Positions 19,889-30,880 are shown, numbered from the stretch's first letter. The stretch is 64,000 nucleotides of DNA from Promethearchaeota archaeon (GCA_030599585.1 JAUVNS010000008.1:96001-160000), one strand, 5' to 3'. Notes: generated from the letters alone by a model not told the origin. Made by a program: numbers and translations.

Positions 19889-20692
19889 TCATTTATCAAT
19901 GTGGCTCGTTTCTATAGGACGACCGGGACTTCCTTGGTAATAGAATTTTCCCGGTTTACCTCGCCAATTTTTATGCAATACTGTGTTTGGAAAAATTACA
20001 TTGTTATCAGTGGTTACAGCATTTGGACCCATTATAATTCCGGGATACAAAGTCGTGTTTTTTCCCATTGTTATTTTCATCATGCTAATTTTCCCAAATA
20101 TTGTATTTACAGCGTGACTTGAGAGAGCAGATGTAGGGTATACGAACACATTATCTCCTAATTCTGTAAATTCTAATCCTACGTAAGAGTCGCAATAAAT
20201 AACATTCTTCCCTAGGTTATTGTGGCTTACTCTACGCAAAACTCTATTAACGAGCCATGGGAAGGGAGATTTCGAAGTCAACCACATCGGAAATTTAATG
20301 ATAAATCCTCGCTTATGATAGTATTTCATCATTTTACCCTCCTTACTATTTTCATCTTCTAAGACTCTTTTAAACACACCTTCAGCAGGAGGAGATTTTT
20401 TATTCCATCTTCGCACCCATAACGCTGTAAACTCAATTAAAAGAATAAGGTAAACGAAATAAAGAAAAAAAAGAAATCCCGGGAGTATTAATAAATGAAT
20501 ATCTAAAGGAATTGAGAGTGGAATTATAAAACAATACTCAAATAACAAAAAAAGCCCTAAACAGATGTAGAGAGGAACTAAAAAACTTATGAAATTTATT
20601 TTAAAAAAGTCCAGAACGGGAAGCTCTACTACTTTATCCTTTTTCTGTTCAAATTCAGAATTTGTTTTTCCTACTCCTTTCTCATCGTTCAT
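19889..20692 (-). CDS. Membrane protein with left-handed beta-helix (hexapeptide) acyltransferase-like domain
   Basis: Two TM helices, then LGKNVIY/LGDNVFV/MGKNTTL hexapeptide repeats and YYQGSPGRP. Confidence 0.7.
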   Translation of the reverse strand: MNDEKGVGKTNSEFEQKKDKVVELPVLDFFKINFISFLVPLYICLGLFLLFEYCFIIPLSIPLDIHLLILPGFLFFLYFVYLILLIEFTALWVRRWNKKSPPAEGVFKRVLEDENSKEGKMMKYYHKRGFIIKFPMWLTSKSPFPWLVNRVLRRVSHNNLGKNVIYCDSYVGLEFTELGDNVFVYPTSALSSHAVNTIFGKISMMKITMGKNTTLYPGIIMGPNAVTTDNNVIFPNTVLHKNWRGKPGKFYYQGSPGRPIETSHIDK

Positions 20693-20786
20693 ATTATAAT
20701 TATTACTAAAATCTTATAAAAAATTATTTACGTTAAATAAAACAGAAAGGAATTTGCTCAACAAATTAAAAAAAAAAATTCAAAAA

Positions 20787-22076
20787 TTAGATTTCTTGCG
20801 TTTCTACTTCTATTACCTCTTGTGTCGACACAACTTCTATCTCTGGTTCTTGTGGACGATCTAAATATCTTATCTTAGTGAAAAACCATAAAAAAATTGG
20901 ATTTATGATTCCTATTATAGCACTAACGAGTAAGAGATTCACAACACCCATTACACCCGCGAGCGGTCCAACTAATAACGCACCAATAGGTGCAATTGCC
21001 ATAGATACTGTGTGATCAATTGACATAACGCGCCCTATTTTATCGGATGGGACAACGGTCTGCAAAATCGTTAAGTAAGTAGCAACAGTAATGGGAAAGA
21101 TAATTGCTCCGAGAAACCCACCTATCATCATAAAGTAGAAATTTTGATATGGTGCTAGGATGATCAGTAAATAAAACGTGAAAAAAACCATCTCTCCGAT
21201 TAAATTGATCTTAATCTTGTTTTTCCATTCTTTCTTTATCGATGTAATTAAAGAGCCAATCACATTCCCTACTTGGATTGAACCAAAAAGGAAAGCTAGA
21301 TGAAACACAGATCCATCGTGTATAATATTTATGAAGTAGGGCCACAGCACTCCGAAGGGCCTAAAAATGAAGTTGAATATCATCGCAAAAATGATCATAC
21401 TTAAAAGACCCGGAATCGCCTTTACAATCATAAACCCGTCTTTAAATTCCCCCATAAATGATGTATTCTCAGTAGCTCTAGTTTCTTTAGCATTGAAAGG
21501 AATTCTTATCAAGAACAAGGGTACTAAGGCTATTAGGAAAGTTACACCGTCAATGAGAAATATATAAGTAATTGGGAATAACTCTAACAGTAAAGCTGAT
21601 AAAATCGGGCCGACCATGAAAATTAAGCCAGAAAACAAAAAATTTGCTCCGTTAACTCTGCTTATTTTATCTTTGGGAACCATTGAAGGAAGTATCGCGT
21701 GGAAAGTAGGGACTTGAAAAGCATAGAGCGTATTTCGCAATGTATGTATAATCAATATCATCCAAATATGCGTGAATCCAGTAAAAAAAATTAGAAATAA
21801 ACCAAAAGTCAAGATTGCTTGTAAGGAATCCACGGTAAAAATGATGGTTTTACGATTTAGTCGATCGGAAAGTACGCCTGCAAATGGAGTAACAATAACT
21901 TGAGGTAGAAAAATCAAGAATGTCGCTAACGATAGATAAAAAACACTCTGCGTCTCAATTGTGATCCACCAAGTGATAACAAAACCAATAATTCCTGAAC
22001 CCAATAGCGAAAATTGCTGTCCAGCCATAAAATAAAGGTAATGTCTAAACGATTTTTTTGTTCGTAATTCTTCCAT
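20787..22076 (-). CDS. MFS transporter (DHA3/MefA-like)
   Basis: GQQFSLLGS, FAGVLSDRLNRK motif A, about 12 TM helices. Confidence 0.9.
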   Translation of the reverse strand: MEELRTKKSFRHYLYFMAGQQFSLLGSGIIGFVITWWITIETQSVFYLSLATFLIFLPQVIVTPFAGVLSDRLNRKTIIFTVDSLQAILTFGLFLIFFTGFTHIWMILIIHTLRNTLYAFQVPTFHAILPSMVPKDKISRVNGANFLFSGLIFMVGPILSALLLELFPITYIFLIDGVTFLIALVPLFLIRIPFNAKETRATENTSFMGEFKDGFMIVKAIPGLLSMIIFAMIFNFIFRPFGVLWPYFINIIHDGSVFHLAFLFGSIQVGNVIGSLITSIKKEWKNKIKINLIGEMVFFTFYLLIILAPYQNFYFMMIGGFLGAIIFPITVATYLTILQTVVPSDKIGRVMSIDHTVSMAIAPIGALLVGPLAGVMGVVNLLLVSAIIGIINPIFLWFFTKIRYLDRPQEPEIEVVSTQEVIEVETQEI

Positions 22077-22347
22077 TTTTTTATCAAACCTTCAATTCTA
22101 TTTTCTTACAACTTAAAACCTTTTTCTTTAATACTTGATACCAAAGATTCAATTAATAGTTTCGAATCGTGAAGTTTACGCATAGTTCGAACTACGGGAA
22201 AAGAAGCTAATTTAATAAATCTACAATTTTGCTCAACTTTCTTCCAAAATCAACTGCAAAATTTTTCCTTTATAAATCATCGTAGCATATTATCTTCCAG
22301 ATATTCCATAAATTTAAAAATAAAATAATAATAATGTTATGTAGCGT

Positions 22348-23595
22348 ATGGATGACCATTTAACTATATTTTCTAATACGGTTTCAAAATCTAAAGAAGA
22401 GATTGTTACACTTGAAGATATTTTTAACACTTATCCACATTTAACAGAGATTGATTTGGAACGAGGGCATGAATTCGTAAATTCTGTGAGGAATGGCAAA
22501 AAAGTACCATCACTAAAGTTTGCCACTGAAGAGGATGCTGAGGAAATAACTCAAATATTCAAAGAAGTTTACGATAATACTTACCCTTATAAAAAAATGG
22601 AATCCGTGTCAGAAGTTCAGAGAATGATAAGTGATCCTAATTATTATTGGATCGTTTTTACGCTTAAACCAGATATTACAGTTGGCTGTATTGGGATTCA
22701 CTTAAATTTTGAACTTAAAGTAGCAAATTTCTTCGGTTTCGCTTTTAGGGAGGGATTTCGACAAAAAGTTGATATAGCTACAGCGAGCTTAGCTTGTATG
22801 GTTGCTCCTGTATACAAATTTAGAGACAGAATTTTAATTTGGTATGCCGAAATTCGTTCAAGCTTTTCTAGCATTCAATATTTAGCAAAAACAGCAGGAC
22901 TCCTTCCGATAGCGTTTCTCCCTAATAAAGATATATTTTTTAACCATCCTGAATCAGAAATCTTGTTTACTATTTACGGAAGGGATGTTTTATTCAAATA
23001 CCGAAGCTCTAAAAAACCAGAATTAATCTCTCAAGCAATTTTTTGTTACTTCCATACATTTCAAAAATATAGTTTAGAATTACCTACCATAAAAAATTAC
23101 GAAAAAATAGAATCAGAATTGAACAATAGTGAAATTGCCCACAATAAAAACCAATTGCGAAAAAGAATTGAAAGAGATGAGTTTGGAAACGAGTTAATCA
23201 CTTTTTCGATAAAAGGAACAGATTCTTACATCCAATTTCAATACTATAAAAATATAAAAATTGCAGAAAAAACTATTTTTAAAGTTTCTAAAGTAGAAGA
23301 ATTACAATTATTTTTAAGAGAGATTAAGGCATTTATTATTACATCTAAACTACGGTATTTTGAAGCTTATCTCTCTGCTTATAATTCGGAACATCAAGCT
23401 CTCTTTTTTAATGCCGGATTTAAACCAACGGGATACATCCCCGCTTTTAAATACAACAGAACTAGGAATGATTTTGAGGACCAAGTGGTGTTTGTACATC
23501 ACGAAAAAGAATTAGATAAGTACGTTTATTTAATTCCCGAAACGGAAGAGTTTCTTAAGTCTATAAAATATTATAAAGAACTACAAAAGATTTAG
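22348..23595 (+). CDS. Putative tandem GNAT-fold protein
   Basis: FATEEDAEEI..IFKEVY..TYPY start; GLLPIAFLP and GFKPTGYIP repeated C-terminal GNAT motifs. Confidence 0.6.
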   Translation: MDDHLTIFSNTVSKSKEEIVTLEDIFNTYPHLTEIDLERGHEFVNSVRNGKKVPSLKFATEEDAEEITQIFKEVYDNTYPYKKMESVSEVQRMISDPNYYWIVFTLKPDITVGCIGIHLNFELKVANFFGFAFREGFRQKVDIATASLACMVAPVYKFRDRILIWYAEIRSSFSSIQYLAKTAGLLPIAFLPNKDIFFNHPESEILFTIYGRDVLFKYRSSKKPELISQAIFCYFHTFQKYSLELPTIKNYEKIESELNNSEIAHNKNQLRKRIERDEFGNELITFSIKGTDSYIQFQYYKNIKIAEKTIFKVSKVEELQLFLREIKAFIITSKLRYFEAYLSAYNSEHQALFFNAGFKPTGYIPAFKYNRTRNDFEDQVVFVHHEKELDKYVYLIPETEEFLKSIKYYKELQKI

Positions 23596-23627
23596 AGTCT
23601 ACATATTGGACACTTACTATTTTTAGG

Positions 23628-24674
23628 GTGAAGCAAATTTCAAATAAGGATGGATTAAAAAATAAACAAACAACTTCTATGTTTAGCATTGAAGTTGAAG
23701 AACAACCCAACGAAATCCTAAAATGGCTATACATTGGCACAAACTTACCCGTTTGGCCCGAGTTCTACCCATATATATTGCACGATCTTAAAGCATTTCG
23801 AACGAAATCGTTACTTCTTAAAGAAGAAGGTAATATTGCTGGTCATGTATTGGTCTTTCATGAGGATACTGAGATTCTTTATTTTGGTTTTTTTGGCGTT
23901 TTTAACAACGTAAAAGAGAAAATTGAGTTTTTGTTAAGCAAATTAATAGATTACGGTAAACAACATAATTTTCATAAAATTATCGGACCGATAAATATTC
24001 CAATTCCAATTTATGGATGGGGATTCTTGGAAAAAGATAGTATTGCAAATTTATATGTTGGAAAGCCTACTAACCTTCCTATTTATCAAGAGATGTTTTT
24101 TCAAAAAGGATTTAAAGTTAAAACAAAAGAAATCTCGCTTGAGGGACCAATATTTGAAGTTGATAGTAAAATTATGAGAGCGTATGATTCTGAAAACTAT
24201 GAAATGTTTCATCCAAACAATTGGGAAGAAGTATTAAAATTTAAGGAGACTTTTTTCAAATTGAATGAGAATCTTCCTCCTGAATCCGTTATTACTCCCG
24301 GGACAGAAAATCTTTACGAAAATTATATTAAATTTATAAAACAATATGGAGATCTTTTTCTGATTAATCTTCTCAGATATAAACCAAATAATCAGATAGT
24401 TGGTTGCTTTTTTTGTTTACCGAATCCCTTGAGGAAAAATGAGAGAGGAAATTTTGACTCAGCAGAAGCCTTTATAATATTAATTAATAAAAAGCTGCAA
24501 AATCAAGGTTTAGGTGGAATATTAATGCTCTATGCGGTAAATGAAGGTTGGAAGAACAATATTCGGTATAATGTGTCTCCTTTTGAGATTAGTTCAATAC
24601 ATAGTATAACGCTAGCGAAAAAATTTGGTTTCAAACATAAAAGAACTCATTTGATCTTGGAGTACTTAATTTAG
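23628..24674 (+). CDS. GNAT family N-acetyltransferase (YghO-like, two domains)
   Basis: YFGFF, IIGPIN, LQNQGLG acetyl-CoA motif, AKKFGF. Confidence 0.7.
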   Translation: MKQISNKDGLKNKQTTSMFSIEVEEQPNEILKWLYIGTNLPVWPEFYPYILHDLKAFRTKSLLLKEEGNIAGHVLVFHEDTEILYFGFFGVFNNVKEKIEFLLSKLIDYGKQHNFHKIIGPINIPIPIYGWGFLEKDSIANLYVGKPTNLPIYQEMFFQKGFKVKTKEISLEGPIFEVDSKIMRAYDSENYEMFHPNNWEEVLKFKETFFKLNENLPPESVITPGTENLYENYIKFIKQYGDLFLINLLRYKPNNQIVGCFFCLPNPLRKNERGNFDSAEAFIILINKKLQNQGLGGILMLYAVNEGWKNNIRYNVSPFEISSIHSITLAKKFGFKHKRTHLILEYLI

Positions 24675-24770
24675 CCTAATTCACCCACTTATTTATATTT
24701 ATAGACTGTTATATTCTATTATAAGATTAATTAACTAGTTCTTATTAGAACATACTGAATAAACACATTT

Positions 24771-25499
24771 TTGTGGTATGAAATGCTATTACAATCTATC
24801 GACCAATCAAGGATATTAATAATTTTTACAGGTCAATTGATCTTAGCAAGTATCTTCCTATTTATCGCAATTAAACTACTTATACGCACCCGACCACGCC
24901 CTATAATTACTTTAAGTATATTATATATTTTATCCCCTGCTGGTTTTATATTTAACGTATTACATGTTCTTATAGCAGCAATCCAACCTGAGAATGTAGT
25001 ATTGTTGAGAGTTATTTATTTTTTTTCTTTTTATCCACTTTTGTTTTCTCCGATTTTTCTTCTAACATTCATAATAAGTATACTGAAACTAGGAGATGTA
25101 TTTACAATAAAAAAACAATTGATAATCACTTTGATTTACGGTTTTGTAACCTTATTGATATTTTTTATACCTGAGGGAATAACTTTCACTGAGCAATGGC
25201 GACCGATTTATAGTTGGGGCTTCTTTACAGCGATTTACATTTCATTTACAATATTTGTTACTATACCAACAATTTGGTATTCGAGACGATTAATAAAAAC
25301 ATTTCAAGATAGGATATTGAAGAAGAAGCTCACGACCTTTTTAATTGGTGTATTTGGGATGTATTTTGTTGTTTATGGAGCAACTCTTTATCTTACATGG
25401 CAAAACCCTCTTTTTACTACGATTTGGAGTGTAGTTACTTTTTTTCTAATGATCCCCTCAGCTATTCTCATCTATCTTGGAATTGGGAGAGAATTATAA
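24771..25499 (+). CDS. Stand-alone 7-TM membrane protein (HisKA_7TM-like sensor domain)
   Basis: Seven hydrophobic segments, no cytoplasmic output domain; start may be ATG 24783. Confidence 0.6.
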   Translation: MWYEMLLQSIDQSRILIIFTGQLILASIFLFIAIKLLIRTRPRPIITLSILYILSPAGFIFNVLHVLIAAIQPENVVLLRVIYFFSFYPLLFSPIFLLTFIISILKLGDVFTIKKQLIITLIYGFVTLLIFFIPEGITFTEQWRPIYSWGFFTAIYISFTIFVTIPTIWYSRRLIKTFQDRILKKKLTTFLIGVFGMYFVVYGATLYLTWQNPLFTTIWSVVTFFLMIPSAILIYLGIGREL

Positions 25500-25629
25500 A
25501 AAACTCTTTTTTTATTGAACTTCTAATTACTATTTTGTTTTTACCGACTTTTTTTATACAACATCCAAAAAGAGCATTTAAATAGGAATTCTTTCATAAT
25601 GGAAATGTATAAGAATAATTGTAATTGAC

Positions 25630-26016
25630 ATGTATGAAGTTGATCATATTAAATCTTTAAGTGATGTTCCCGATAATATTTCTAATCTTTTAACGGAGTT
25701 AAAAGAATTTAAAGAAGATTTCAAAATAAAAGTTGAATACTGTAAAGATAGATACAAAATTACATTATATGAGTCAACAGTTAATCGTAAACTAAGCATT
25801 ACAAGATGTATATTAATGGAAATATCCGAAAATCCATGCTCGTATTCAATTCATTTGTTTAATAAACAAATACAAAATTCTGGCAATGGAGAATTAAAAA
25901 AAGTTTATGAGGTAGAAGTAGAAGGGGAAAACGATTTTAGATTGATTAAACAAGACGTAAAAGATTTAATCGAAGGTAAAAAAGGAGCTTCTTTTTCCTC
26001 TAATTACCCATTATAA
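25630..26016 (+). CDS. Hypothetical protein
   Basis: 128-aa ORF with ATG start. Confidence 0.6.
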   Translation: MYEVDHIKSLSDVPDNISNLLTELKEFKEDFKIKVEYCKDRYKITLYESTVNRKLSITRCILMEISENPCSYSIHLFNKQIQNSGNGELKKVYEVEVEGENDFRLIKQDVKDLIEGKKGASFSSNYPL

Positions 26017-26116
26017 GTTTTTTCCAATTAAATACTAATTTTTTACTCTCTGATCTATTAAATGCCATCGAATAATTTTCATCATTAAATCCATTTGCAT
26101 TTTTTACTAGGGTGAA

Positions 26117-27028
26117 ATGTATTTGAAAGCTAAACTTGTAGATGCTCAAACAGCATCCTCTGTAATCGCCATAAAAGACGATTATATTTCTAATTTTAGC
26201 GAGTTTGACTTACAATCTCGCTTAAGAACCTCTAAATCGGTATCAAAAGAAGATTTATTGGAATTTCTTTCACGACAGACAGTTGATTGGACTAATTCTG
26301 AGGAAATTGTCGTTAATAGAATTTTTAGTGAATTGGACATTTGCTATAAGCCGTATAAAGAATATCTATTGGACAGCATAAAGATTATCAAAACAACAGG
26401 TCAAGAAGAATGCGACGCCGCTTACACCAGGAATAAGTGTATATATGTCCCAAATTCTATGGTTCAATGGCCATACGACGAATTAAAAGAACTAATCGCC
26501 CACGAGCTTTTTCATGTAATCAGTACTACCAACCCAAAATTCAGGAATGATTTATATCTTAAACTAGGATTTACAGCTTGTCCCGAATTAGATGTCCCAA
26601 ACGAATATAACCATCTATATGTGTCAAATCCGGATACTATTGGGAAGAATTCCTATGTGGAATTTGAAAACAACGGGGCTCAGATAAAAGCAGTGCCTTT
26701 TCTCTACTCTAAAACTCCGTATAGCGGTGGTTATTTCTTTGAATATTTCCGCTTTACATTTCTTGAGTCTGAATTGGAACAAGATAAATGCGTGCCGATA
26801 TATGAAAACAACCGACCAAAATTCATTAGTCCTCCACATAAATTGTTTGAGATGTGCAAAGAAATCGATCCCTACAACAACCAGCACAGATTACATCCAG
26901 AAGAGATCCTGGCCTATTATTGGAGCCTATTACCCTTTTCTGAATCAAAAATAGAACCTTACAAAAGAAGTTATCTCGTAAAGATTCGGAATCTCTTAGA
27001 GCAGGAAGGAACCAGTGTATTTAGTTAA
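26117..27028 (+). CDS. Putative zincin metallopeptidase
   Basis: AAYT strand, IAHELFH (HExxH), downstream HPEEILA; GGGTGA SD upstream. Confidence 0.7.
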   Translation: MYLKAKLVDAQTASSVIAIKDDYISNFSEFDLQSRLRTSKSVSKEDLLEFLSRQTVDWTNSEEIVVNRIFSELDICYKPYKEYLLDSIKIIKTTGQEECDAAYTRNKCIYVPNSMVQWPYDELKELIAHELFHVISTTNPKFRNDLYLKLGFTACPELDVPNEYNHLYVSNPDTIGKNSYVEFENNGAQIKAVPFLYSKTPYSGGYFFEYFRFTFLESELEQDKCVPIYENNRPKFISPPHKLFEMCKEIDPYNNQHRLHPEEILAYYWSLLPFSESKIEPYKRSYLVKIRNLLEQEGTSVFS

Positions 27029-27084
27029 AAATCTAATAATAAAATTCTTTTTTTTTAATTTTTTACAAATATTAAATTACAGAT

Positions 27085-27648
27085 TTATTTTCCTACTATA
27101 ACCTGCTCCCACAGATTTCTCCTACTTTTAATAACTATGGCAACCATAAATAATCCCATTATCAGATTAGTTAGAATATTAGCAATTAAAAATCCCCGTT
27201 TTATATCACCATCGACTGCGAAAACAAGAACTAATACTCCAACAATGCTATTAGGGTCTACGAAGGGCCACAGAATTAAACTATATGGATGCATTGGAAG
27301 GTCTAAAAGGATGTGGAAAACATTTCCAAGCAGACAGGATAACACAAGAGCCGGGGTTAACTTACATACCTCTTTCACCTTAGCCTTATCGAGCTGAAAT
27401 AGTAACGAAGCTAAAATAGGATATAGTAGAACAGTAGCTAAAGTTGAGATTAGAGTTCCTATAGTGAGCGCGCCAACCAAGCTGTGTAAAATGAAATGGT
27501 TGTCGATACCTATGTTAAAAAAAAGGAATAATATTGGCACCTCAATATCGGGTATAAACGATCCAACGATTAAGCCCGGTAGATTCAATCTTTTGTTTAG
27601 TTTTGAGAGTCCCCATGCAACGGGGTAATGTAGTGGTGTGGCTGGCAT
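27085..27648 (-). CDS. Membrane metal-dependent hydrolase (DUF4184/YdjM-like)
   Basis: MPATPLH, GSFIPD, HS, HILLD..H motifs with TM segments. Confidence 0.75.
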   Translation of the reverse strand: MPATPLHYPVAWGLSKLNKRLNLPGLIVGSFIPDIEVPILFLFFNIGIDNHFILHSLVGALTIGTLISTLATVLLYPILASLLFQLDKAKVKEVCKLTPALVLSCLLGNVFHILLDLPMHPYSLILWPFVDPNSIVGVLVLVFAVDGDIKRGFLIANILTNLIMGLFMVAIVIKSRRNLWEQVIVGK

Positions 27649-27762
27649 TTTTAAACTCCTTCAGCGTTTTTTATTAGAATTGTTCATTTATATTTACTTT
27701 TTCTACTTAGCTTTGTTAATTCTCATAAAATCAATATTTTAAGATTTATTTCAGATCAAGTG

Positions 27763-30423
27763 CTAATACGATGGCATTATAAATAAAGAAATAGGAAAAA
27801 ATGGAATAAAAAAACTAATAGGTAAAAAAATCGTTAGTATAAATATAGAGATTAATCCAGGTAGGAGGCTTCCGGTTTTTAAATAAATATATCCTAAGAT
27901 TAAGCTAATAAAGCTTGAACATATAAAATCTAAAATAACTAATGATATAATATAGGAAGATGAAACACCGGGAGATATATATGAAAAAATGGGAATGATG
28001 TAGACGAAGGCTTTTACGATGATAGTGATGAAAGTTTGCAATAATAGCGCCCATAATTGGGAGTATTTACCTACTAACATTGTTAGAATGATACCGCGAT
28101 GTAGTATCTCCTGCCAATAACAAAAAGTAAAAAGAGTTAATAAGATAACTATTATCTGTAAGTAACTTAAATTCAGTGAAGGTAAGTCTAATATTGCTTG
28201 AGTTATGAAGTAGATAATGAAGATCGAAGGAATAGTAAATAATATTGCTTTAATATGCTTTTTAAAAAAATTACTTTTCACCCAACTTAACCCTATGCAA
28301 TCTAAATATTGTTTAAACGGTTGTTTCCCATATGGAAGTCCAACATACTTAGGAATGACATATAACCATATAAAACCATAAAGAAGATTTGGTACTAAGA
28401 TAATTAATAAATTTTGAATTAACAATTTCAGATCTTCACTAAAGGAACGCGGGAGAAAAAAGGGATATGGGTCTATCATGGAAGAAAGGATTGCCATAAC
28501 TAAACTTATAAGAAAAAACAATAAGAAATTGATGATAAGTAGGATTACTATTGATAACCAAATATGTTTAGAGAATATTGTTGGGACAATATTTTTTTTA
28601 AGCGTTTTTTCCCTTGAAAAAAAGTCCTTATTAAAATCAGTCCATTTAGTTATGAGCCCTCCTTGATAAACTGGCAACATTATGTTAAAAATTAAGACTG
28701 AAATTAAGAATCCTAATACTATTACTGCCCAAAATAGAACCAACATACTATTGCTATCCTGGTGGTATAAAAAATTTATCCCAAACGATGTTATCCAAAA
28801 AAAAAGGATGTATGGCACAGAGATAATCAATGTCCATTTATACATTCGGTTTTTTGGATTATAATCTTCTAACACGTAAAATTTTGCTCTCTTTTTTCCG
28901 AAGAAGTTGATTTTTAAAATAAAAATGATTAATAAAAATAACCAAGCAAAGGGTAATGTGAAAAGGAAATTAATGAAGATAGATACAAAATTTGGAGAGC
29001 TAAGGTAAAGTAAAGATGGTAAGAGAGTTGCGCATGTTTGGATAAAATAGATTAATAATAATTTAGGTTTTGCTTGGTTTCGTGGAATTAGTGGTAAAGC
29101 GGCTATAATCGATTCTCCCCGATTATCAAAATTAGTTAAACCATAAACTATTAATCCTGAAAGAATAGGGCTAAAAGTTAATATACCAATCCAATTTTGG
29201 AAGAACCCTCTATCAAGTAGATTTATTGTTCCGATATCTTTAATCCCAAATGCTACGATAAAAATAAAAGAAAGCATTATCGGCATAATAATTGACATAA
29301 AAACTTTAAGATCTCTTGTAATTATGCGAAGATCCTTGCGAATATAAGCAATAAACGGTACACTAGGTTTTACATTCACTTTCACTTCTAAATGAGATGG
29401 TTTAGTAGTTTTTATTATGTTGATAGCTTTAAGCTTTGAAACGCTAATTCTCTCAATTGCTTTAAACGCTTTTCTAGATATCCCATATGTTATTATAACT
29501 AATAGTGCAAATCCAATTAGAGTACTTATCCAAAGTTGGAGAGATGCATGATTAGGCGCGATTAATAAAGAAATTAAAAAACTAGAATTAAATGGGAAAG
29601 GAATAAAACTCAAAATAATATTAATTATGGATTGGTATTCGGAAGCTGTAAATATAATGTAAAACGTCTCTATTGAGCTAAGGAACCATTGAATCAAAAC
29701 ATAACTACTGATGATGATAAAAATGTAACTCAGAATATTGATTAAGCGAATAAATAAAGTTCTTTTTGAGCTCTTATCATTTATATCTAAAATTCTATTT
29801 ATTCTTTCTCCAAATAATAATAAAATGCTAAATGATAATATCATATTCACAAAAGAAATTCCAAGGCATACCAAAAAAATTACTATATTTTGACTTCCAA
29901 TTAACATAGTAATCGGAAAGGCAAAAACTAAAACAATTATTGGTAAATCATAACTTCGAAATAAAGTAAAATAAACTATTCTCAAATATTTTCTTTTTGA
30001 AATGGGTAATGTCTCGAACCACTCAAAAATTTTCCCTGAGGTTATCATTGCTGTATCCAACATCCCCATTACAAAAAAACTTAGAAACTGTAAAGAAAAA
30101 TAAAAGGAAAAAAGTAAACCTCCTATAAAATAAACACCTTCAATTGATGTCGAACCCTGCGAAATAAGTCTGACAATTTCGAAATAGGTTAATAAAGGAA
30201 GTACAGGTATTATTCCAAATGTGATCGCAAAAAATAATTTTGTTAAAATAACTTTAAATTTTAGTCTAAACGGATGGCGGATATATTTTTCTAAATAGTA
30301 AGATTTAGCTCCTCCCTTCGATAATACTAATTCTTCAACAAGCAATTCTTTACTTGCATATTTTGCTAAACTAAATGATGTAAGAACCTCTTCTACCTTT
30401 AGATTTCTTCTTTTTATCTTCAT
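27763..30423 (-). CDS. ABC-2-type exporter permease-like protein fused to a degenerate CPBP (CAAX/Abi) domain
   Basis: TLPIS and ALPL..R..AKPK EAA-like loops, YIRKDLRIITRD linker; C-terminal WQEILHRG and YIYLKTGSLLPG. Confidence 0.65.
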   Translation of the reverse strand: MKIKRRNLKVEEVLTSFSLAKYASKELLVEELVLSKGGAKSYYLEKYIRHPFRLKFKVILTKLFFAITFGIIPVLPLLTYFEIVRLISQGSTSIEGVYFIGGLLFSFYFSLQFLSFFVMGMLDTAMITSGKIFEWFETLPISKRKYLRIVYFTLFRSYDLPIIVLVFAFPITMLIGSQNIVIFLVCLGISFVNMILSFSILLLFGERINRILDINDKSSKRTLFIRLINILSYIFIIISSYVLIQWFLSSIETFYIIFTASEYQSIINIILSFIPFPFNSSFLISLLIAPNHASLQLWISTLIGFALLVIITYGISRKAFKAIERISVSKLKAINIIKTTKPSHLEVKVNVKPSVPFIAYIRKDLRIITRDLKVFMSIIMPIMLSFIFIVAFGIKDIGTINLLDRGFFQNWIGILTFSPILSGLIVYGLTNFDNRGESIIAALPLIPRNQAKPKLLLIYFIQTCATLLPSLLYLSSPNFVSIFINFLFTLPFAWLFLLIIFILKINFFGKKRAKFYVLEDYNPKNRMYKWTLIISVPYILFFWITSFGINFLYHQDSNSMLVLFWAVIVLGFLISVLIFNIMLPVYQGGLITKWTDFNKDFFSREKTLKKNIVPTIFSKHIWLSIVILLIINFLLFFLISLVMAILSSMIDPYPFFLPRSFSEDLKLLIQNLLIILVPNLLYGFIWLYVIPKYVGLPYGKQPFKQYLDCIGLSWVKSNFFKKHIKAILFTIPSIFIIYFITQAILDLPSLNLSYLQIIVILLTLFTFCYWQEILHRGIILTMLVGKYSQLWALLLQTFITIIVKAFVYIIPIFSYISPGVSSSYIISLVILDFICSSFISLILGYIYLKTGSLLPGLISIFILTIFLPISFFIPFFPISLFIMPSY

Positions 30424-30580
30424 TTGAAACCCAGAATAGCCATCTCTAAAGTAATATTAATCATGTAAAAATATAAAATTAATCCAATTCCAATTAGTAT
30501 TGTTGGAATAAATAGTAATTTCTTCTCATTTTCACTCATTTCTCTTTTGGTATGCTTTTCCTTATTAAAGATTCTGTAAT

Positions 30581-30880
30581 TTATTGATTCTTTAAAGATT
30601 TTCTGAATGCTCGAACCTTACTAAATGTATAAGAAAATATACCAATACATATAGCACTGGCAAGAAAGTTAGAGATGGACAATGATAAAGTATAGGAATA
30701 TGTAAGTTTATCGTATGGAAAAATATTAGTCCTGGCATAAATTAAAACAGGAACTGCAAAGAATATTGCTACTGCGAAAAATGAGGAACCAGTACTACTC
30801 AGAACACTTAAATAAATTGCCCGTTTTTTCGTTAACCTTATACCGAGCCATCTTATTTCATTATTTTTGTTTTTTTCCAT
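30581..30880 (-). CDS. Small 2-TM membrane protein
   Basis: 99 aa, two hydrophobic helices, GGGTGA SD upstream. Confidence 0.7.
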   Translation of the reverse strand: MEKNKNNEIRWLGIRLTKKRAIYLSVLSSTGSSFFAVAIFFAVPVLIYARTNIFPYDKLTYSYTLSLSISNFLASAICIGIFSYTFSKVRAFRKSLKNQ

